Source: a virus (Duplodnaviria > Heunggongvirae > Uroviricota > Caudoviricetes). Taken from it: a stretch of 64,000 nt of DNA. The stretch lies in the IMG/VR virus record IMGVR_UViG_3300034157_000063. The stretch is one strand, 5' to 3'. Positions within the stretch are counted from its first letter, which is position 1. Each line of letters opens with the position of its first letter. This document shows, piece after piece, positions 60,237-64,000 of this stretch. The position numbers and the translations under genes were made by a program. Below the pieces are notes generated by a model, which made no database searches, had not been told where the DNA came from, and saw only the letters and a list, made by a program, of their open reading frames with translations.

Positions 60237-60287
60237 CAATTCTTAATTTTATGCTATAATAAAGCAACTATTTAATGGAGTTTTAAC

Positions 60288-61403
60288 ATGAAAGATCTTG
60301 ATTATTCAATTATATTCAAAGCTGCCCATACATTGATGTTTGATGTTGATCCTGTAAAAGCTGAATCTGACGTTCATTATTTGGAAAAAGAAGAAGTGGC
60401 CTTTTTTGATACTTATTTCAAAGCAACTGTCATGACGAAGAAAGTTAATCTTCAAGGTCATCACAGAGGTGTATATGATGGGCTTACTTTGCAAGAAATT
60501 AAAGACACAATGGAATATGATTACCTTGTACAACGTTATTGTGACCAAATCAAATTTTTGATTTCTTATCAACTTTTTGGAGAGATCTTAAAACATAAAG
60601 AAGAACTTAAAAATGATACAGATAACGTTATCCAAGATAAAATCATAACAGCATTCATCAGAACATTTGATGCCTCTTTTTTGAAGGTTGATCATTATTG
60701 TTTTGTTTGTGGTGTTACCACTAAGTCATCATTCAAAAATGGGCTGTTTACTAGCGTTGTTTCAGAAGATAGCCGAATGGGTAAGTTTGAAGGACATCAG
60801 CCTTGTAAACTAACAAAAGGTATTGATGAATACACTTACAAACTCAATATCCCATCAGGAAAAATGTTGTTTGCTAATGACCTTCGTGAATTATTCCCAG
60901 AATTTTCTCGTTTTGAAGCTGATAAGTATATTACTGAAAAATCAGGTTACACCAATAGTATCAATAGTGAGCTAGGTGTAATGTATACACAAGAGTTTTG
61001 GAACAATCATGGTATGATTTATGTCCAAGTTGGGAATACTTCTCCACATGTATTTCAAGATTCCATTACAAAAAATATTGAAGTAAAATTTGAATCCATT
61101 TATACACCACGAGAAGTTGAAGAGGATCTTGATAGTGACGATGATGAAGATCCTGATTATGTAAAAAACTATACAGATACTGAAAAAGATTTGGGTTATG
61201 TTTGCACCGATCTTTGGGCTGTGTGTGCAATTGATCATGATTTGATGAAAGATCTTTGTAAGAAACATAAGATTGATTTTAAAGAATTGTCAGGTAGTTG
61301 CATTACCGTGAATGTTGAGCCGGGTGAATACAATGTACGTTCATTTAATGCGTCTCATGATTCCAGTAAGAATACATTCTTTTCTGTATCAAAGGCCGAA
61401 TGA
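60288..61403 (+). CDS. Hypothetical protein with CxxC and an acidic loop
   Basis: 371 aa; CFVCG; YVCTDLW; GGAG SD. Confidence 0.8.
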   Translation: MKDLDYSIIFKAAHTLMFDVDPVKAESDVHYLEKEEVAFFDTYFKATVMTKKVNLQGHHRGVYDGLTLQEIKDTMEYDYLVQRYCDQIKFLISYQLFGEILKHKEELKNDTDNVIQDKIITAFIRTFDASFLKVDHYCFVCGVTTKSSFKNGLFTSVVSEDSRMGKFEGHQPCKLTKGIDEYTYKLNIPSGKMLFANDLRELFPEFSRFEADKYITEKSGYTNSINSELGVMYTQEFWNNHGMIYVQVGNTSPHVFQDSITKNIEVKFESIYTPREVEEDLDSDDDEDPDYVKNYTDTEKDLGYVCTDLWAVCAIDHDLMKDLCKKHKIDFKELSGSCITVNVEPGEYNVRSFNASHDSSKNTFFSVSKAE

Positions 61404-62155
61404 TGATAAATAAAGTTAAAGACATTGATAAATCAAAGTTAGACCGTATGATTGCTATTGGACTTGAATCCATCAATCATAAAGGTCTACTAAAAAGATT
61501 GTTTACATTAGATGACGTTACAGTAATGACATCTTATGATGGGGTCAATGTTACTATTGAATTTAAAGACACCAAAACTAATGTGTCTATTATAGATTCC
61601 GTATATCAAAAAACAGTGGAAACAAAAACTGATCAATTTATTAAGATTGTTGATAGTCCGCTTGCGGCTCAATTTAAATATCATGTTCTTTTAAATATTG
61701 ATTTAACTTTATTTATTCATTGTGGAGATGAAAAGTCATTCAAAGATGCGATTGAAAATAAAATTATGTTTTATAATGACGACTTTGAACTTTGTTATAT
61801 TCATGAAGCCTTTCATCTTCATAATTATTTTAAAATTAAATATATGATGTCAGAATTCTATATTGGCTATGATTTTGATAAGGATTACAACCCTGTTGGA
61901 AAACTGTTTGTAGGCAATCAGCGGGGGCTTTTTAATGGTATTGTTGATAAATACAATTCTAAGTTTAGGACTTATCAACAGGGCTTTAATGTTGAAGACG
62001 AAAACTTACTCTTAAAACATTATGTGTTAATGGATTCATTAGAAACTTTTGATGAGATATTTACACAGTTTTATGGACCATTACCGAAACCATTAGACAT
62101 AGATTTAGTTCACGATCAACTTAAGTTAGCCAATATGGTTTTATTTAATCAATAG
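61400..62155 (+). CDS. Hypothetical protein, MxxI-tail variant
   Basis: Ends LANMVLFNQ (motif plus 2 residues). Confidence 0.8.
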   Translation: MMINKVKDIDKSKLDRMIAIGLESINHKGLLKRLFTLDDVTVMTSYDGVNVTIEFKDTKTNVSIIDSVYQKTVETKTDQFIKIVDSPLAAQFKYHVLLNIDLTLFIHCGDEKSFKDAIENKIMFYNDDFELCYIHEAFHLHNYFKIKYMMSEFYIGYDFDKDYNPVGKLFVGNQRGLFNGIVDKYNSKFRTYQQGFNVEDENLLLKHYVLMDSLETFDEIFTQFYGPLPKPLDIDLVHDQLKLANMVLFNQ

Positions 62156-62189
62156 GTGTGTTATTGTAGTTATCAATAGGAGAATAGCG

Positions 62190-62552
62190 ATGGAACATAA
62201 ACAAATATTACAAGAATTTGAAGGTTGTATTGATTCTGTGGATCTTGAAAACAAAACGTTTTGGGCTAAATTATTTGATATCACACAGCCAAGATACGAT
62301 ATTGAAGAAATGGCTGAATTTGATTTCTCTGTTTTTGACGTGACTGATTATCCTAATATCAAAGAAGGTTATCTTTTTGACTGGGTAATTGGTGAGATCG
62401 TAGATGAGCATAATATTCCTATTCGTAGCTTTTCAGAATTATCCTTTCAAAAAAGAACTCGAAAAGAACAAGCAGCTTGGCGAAAAAACTTTGTTAAATG
62501 CAAGAAAGAAGCGAAGAAAATGAGCTTGCGTATACAAAAATTGTTTGATTAA
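62190..62552 (+). CDS. Hypothetical protein
   Basis: 120 aa; AGGAG SD. Confidence 0.8.
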   Translation: MEHKQILQEFEGCIDSVDLENKTFWAKLFDITQPRYDIEEMAEFDFSVFDVTDYPNIKEGYLFDWVIGEIVDEHNIPIRSFSELSFQKRTRKEQAAWRKNFVKCKKEAKKMSLRIQKLFD

Positions 62553-62609
62553 TGTTTTTTGAATAAGTATACCACTTATGCTATAATGTAAAAAACAGTA
62601 GGCAAAAAC

Positions 62610-63677
62610 ATGAAGTCTTTAAAGGATCTTCCATCCATACGTCAAGTTAGACTTGATCACATGTTAGAGATAACACCACAACCAGACAATACATGCCCTT
62701 TGATAGATCCTTTAATCTATTTGGGGCAACGCCGAAGTCCTATCTACGACCTTGACATTGAATACGATCCAAAGCATTTGTTGCTGGATGAGAAAAGTCT
62801 TGCTGAACGTATTGAAACGCTTGAAAAATGGGCCAGTGAAGTGGTTGATGTTTATTCAATATTAGATAAATCCATTATTGATAATGATGATATCGTTAAT
62901 ATGGACGACTATATAAAAGATATTACAGACAGAATATCATGGAATAAAATGTATGAAGTGGGTTGCAGTGTCAAAAGCATTAATGACCTTATTTATGATT
63001 GGCAAGATAAGCATAATTATTACTTACGTGTTGAACGAGAACTCGATAATGCTCAAAAAGAACATGACCAGTTAGAAAGTAATTTTGACTGTGAACCAGA
63101 AGATGACGGTTATGAAGATGCTGTTGCTGCGATAGCAGCAGCGAAGGCTGCAGTTGAAGACATTAATGAAAAACTTGAAGAGTTAAAAGATGACTTTAAT
63201 TCTGATGTTTCTAAACCTTTTGAGAAAGAACTTAATGCCTTCACTGAATTAATGGAATCTATTCGATCAAATAATGATGAATTACGACATGCTGTTGTTT
63301 ATTTAAGAGACATGGTTATTGAATATGCCCACAATGATTTTAATGTTACCCAACCAATGGACTATCTAAAAAAACTCGAAACAGGCAAACCAGATGAAAT
63401 ATCATTAGGGCTTGTTGATAAGGCTTATTACTCCCATACATTTGAAAAATTAACTGAATACCTCAATAAGCATGATGTCATAAATAATATAGCAAAGATA
63501 TTATTAAAAAGATGTGATGACGTTGAACCTTTGTTAGACTTTTTGAAGAAGGCTGGTTATACCACAATACGATATTATGATGATCCGATTACTAGTATAA
63601 AACACCCAGAACTCTACAAAGAAGTAAATTTTAGTCAAGAGTTAATAAATGAAAGTAAACTTAAACCGAGAATTTAA
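62610..63677 (+). CDS. Coiled-coil protein with basic tail
   Basis: Long heptad region; QPDNTCPLID motif; ends ESKLKPRI. Confidence 0.8.
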   Translation: MKSLKDLPSIRQVRLDHMLEITPQPDNTCPLIDPLIYLGQRRSPIYDLDIEYDPKHLLLDEKSLAERIETLEKWASEVVDVYSILDKSIIDNDDIVNMDDYIKDITDRISWNKMYEVGCSVKSINDLIYDWQDKHNYYLRVERELDNAQKEHDQLESNFDCEPEDDGYEDAVAAIAAAKAAVEDINEKLEELKDDFNSDVSKPFEKELNAFTELMESIRSNNDELRHAVVYLRDMVIEYAHNDFNVTQPMDYLKKLETGKPDEISLGLVDKAYYSHTFEKLTEYLNKHDVINNIAKILLKRCDDVEPLLDFLKKAGYTTIRYYDDPITSIKHPELYKEVNFSQELINESKLKPRI

Positions 63678-63678
63678 T

Positions 63679-64000
63679 ATGAAATCATTAAAAGAGTTAT
63701 CATCCATTAGTCAAATTAAAGAAGATACGTTATTAGGGATTACTAATCAACCACCGAATACATGTCCTTTGATTAATACCCTTATCTTTAATAGCGAACG
63801 TTCATCTGTTGTTTATGAAATAGACATCTTATTTAATCCAGAAGATATGTATTTAACATTGCATGAATTACAAGACCGTGTGGCCCAATTACAGCAGTGG
63901 GCGGTTGATGTTAGTAACTTATTTGATGATGCGGATAAAGACTTAATTCCAGAAGCTCACAGAGAAGATATGCTTGAATATTATACAGACGTTGAAGAAC
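63679..64000 (+). CDS. Paralog of 62610..63677, 3'-truncated by the window
   Basis: MKSLKELSSISQIKEDTLLGITNQPPNTCPLIN matches MKSLKDLPSIRQVRLDHMLEITPQPDNTCPLID. Confidence 0.85.
   Translation, partial: MKSLKELSSISQIKEDTLLGITNQPPNTCPLINTLIFNSERSSVVYEIDILFNPEDMYLTLHELQDRVAQLQQWAVDVSNLFDDADKDLIPEAHREDMLEYYTDVEE

Noticed and set aside
1140-61268. Numerous 60-160-aa antisense or alternate-frame ORFs in the track (e.g. 1626..1862, 20010..20315, 28922..29254, 41505..41876, 57154..57537, 57194..57688)
   Set aside because: They are nested in longer genes with SD, promoter or motif support and have no SD or motifs of their own; treated as shadow ORFs.
1-64000. Alternative genetic code (stop-codon reassignment, seen in some jumbo phages)
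   Set aside because: Known enzymes are full length in code 11, and TAA, TAG and TGA all end genes directly after the conserved MxxI tail.
1-64000. CRISPR array, tRNA or rRNA genes, transposase or integrase
   Set aside because: No regularly spaced repeats, cloverleaf/T-loop signatures or recombinase motifs seen by eye; intergenic gaps are short and explained by promoters and terminators. A tRNAscan/Infernal run was not possible.

Overview
AT-rich (about 30% GC by eye), gene-dense 64-kb segment of a very large mobile genome, most likely the early/accessory region of a jumbo phage of a proteobacterial host. A megaplasmid is not excluded, since no capsid, terminase, polymerase, tRNA or CRISPR is visible. 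There are about 80 ORFs in standard code, mostly mono- or bicistronic units with their own sigma70-type promoter (TTGACA/TTGATT-17/18-TGnTATAAT) and intrinsic, often bidirectional, terminators. Recognisable products: beta-class DNA methyltransferase with a putative PD-(D/E)XK endonuclease, Nudix hydrolase, DUF2061 protein, putative ADP-ribosyltransferase, AlkB-like dioxygenase, Ser/Thr metallophosphatase, M3 oligopeptidase, M23 peptidase, HAD hydrolase, editing-less AlaRS, PcfJ-like proteins, nicotinamidase, Thg1 and ArgRS. Two systems stand out. (1) Tiny leader ORFs, absent from the ORF track, sit between promoter and gene for translation/RNA-repair functions: argS has MNTKLLRRL (AGA-CGA) plus an anti-SD; the AlaRS-like gene appears to need a -1 shift at the leader's only Ala codon; alkB and a basic 203-aa protein have leaders that pair with their SD. 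These look like codon-starvation sensors that switch on backup translation enzymes. (2) About 26 otherwise divergent hypothetical proteins end in one C-terminal signature, [LIV]-x-x-M-x-x-I-COOH, suggesting a shared docking/targeting tag; a second group ends in Lys/Arg-rich tails.
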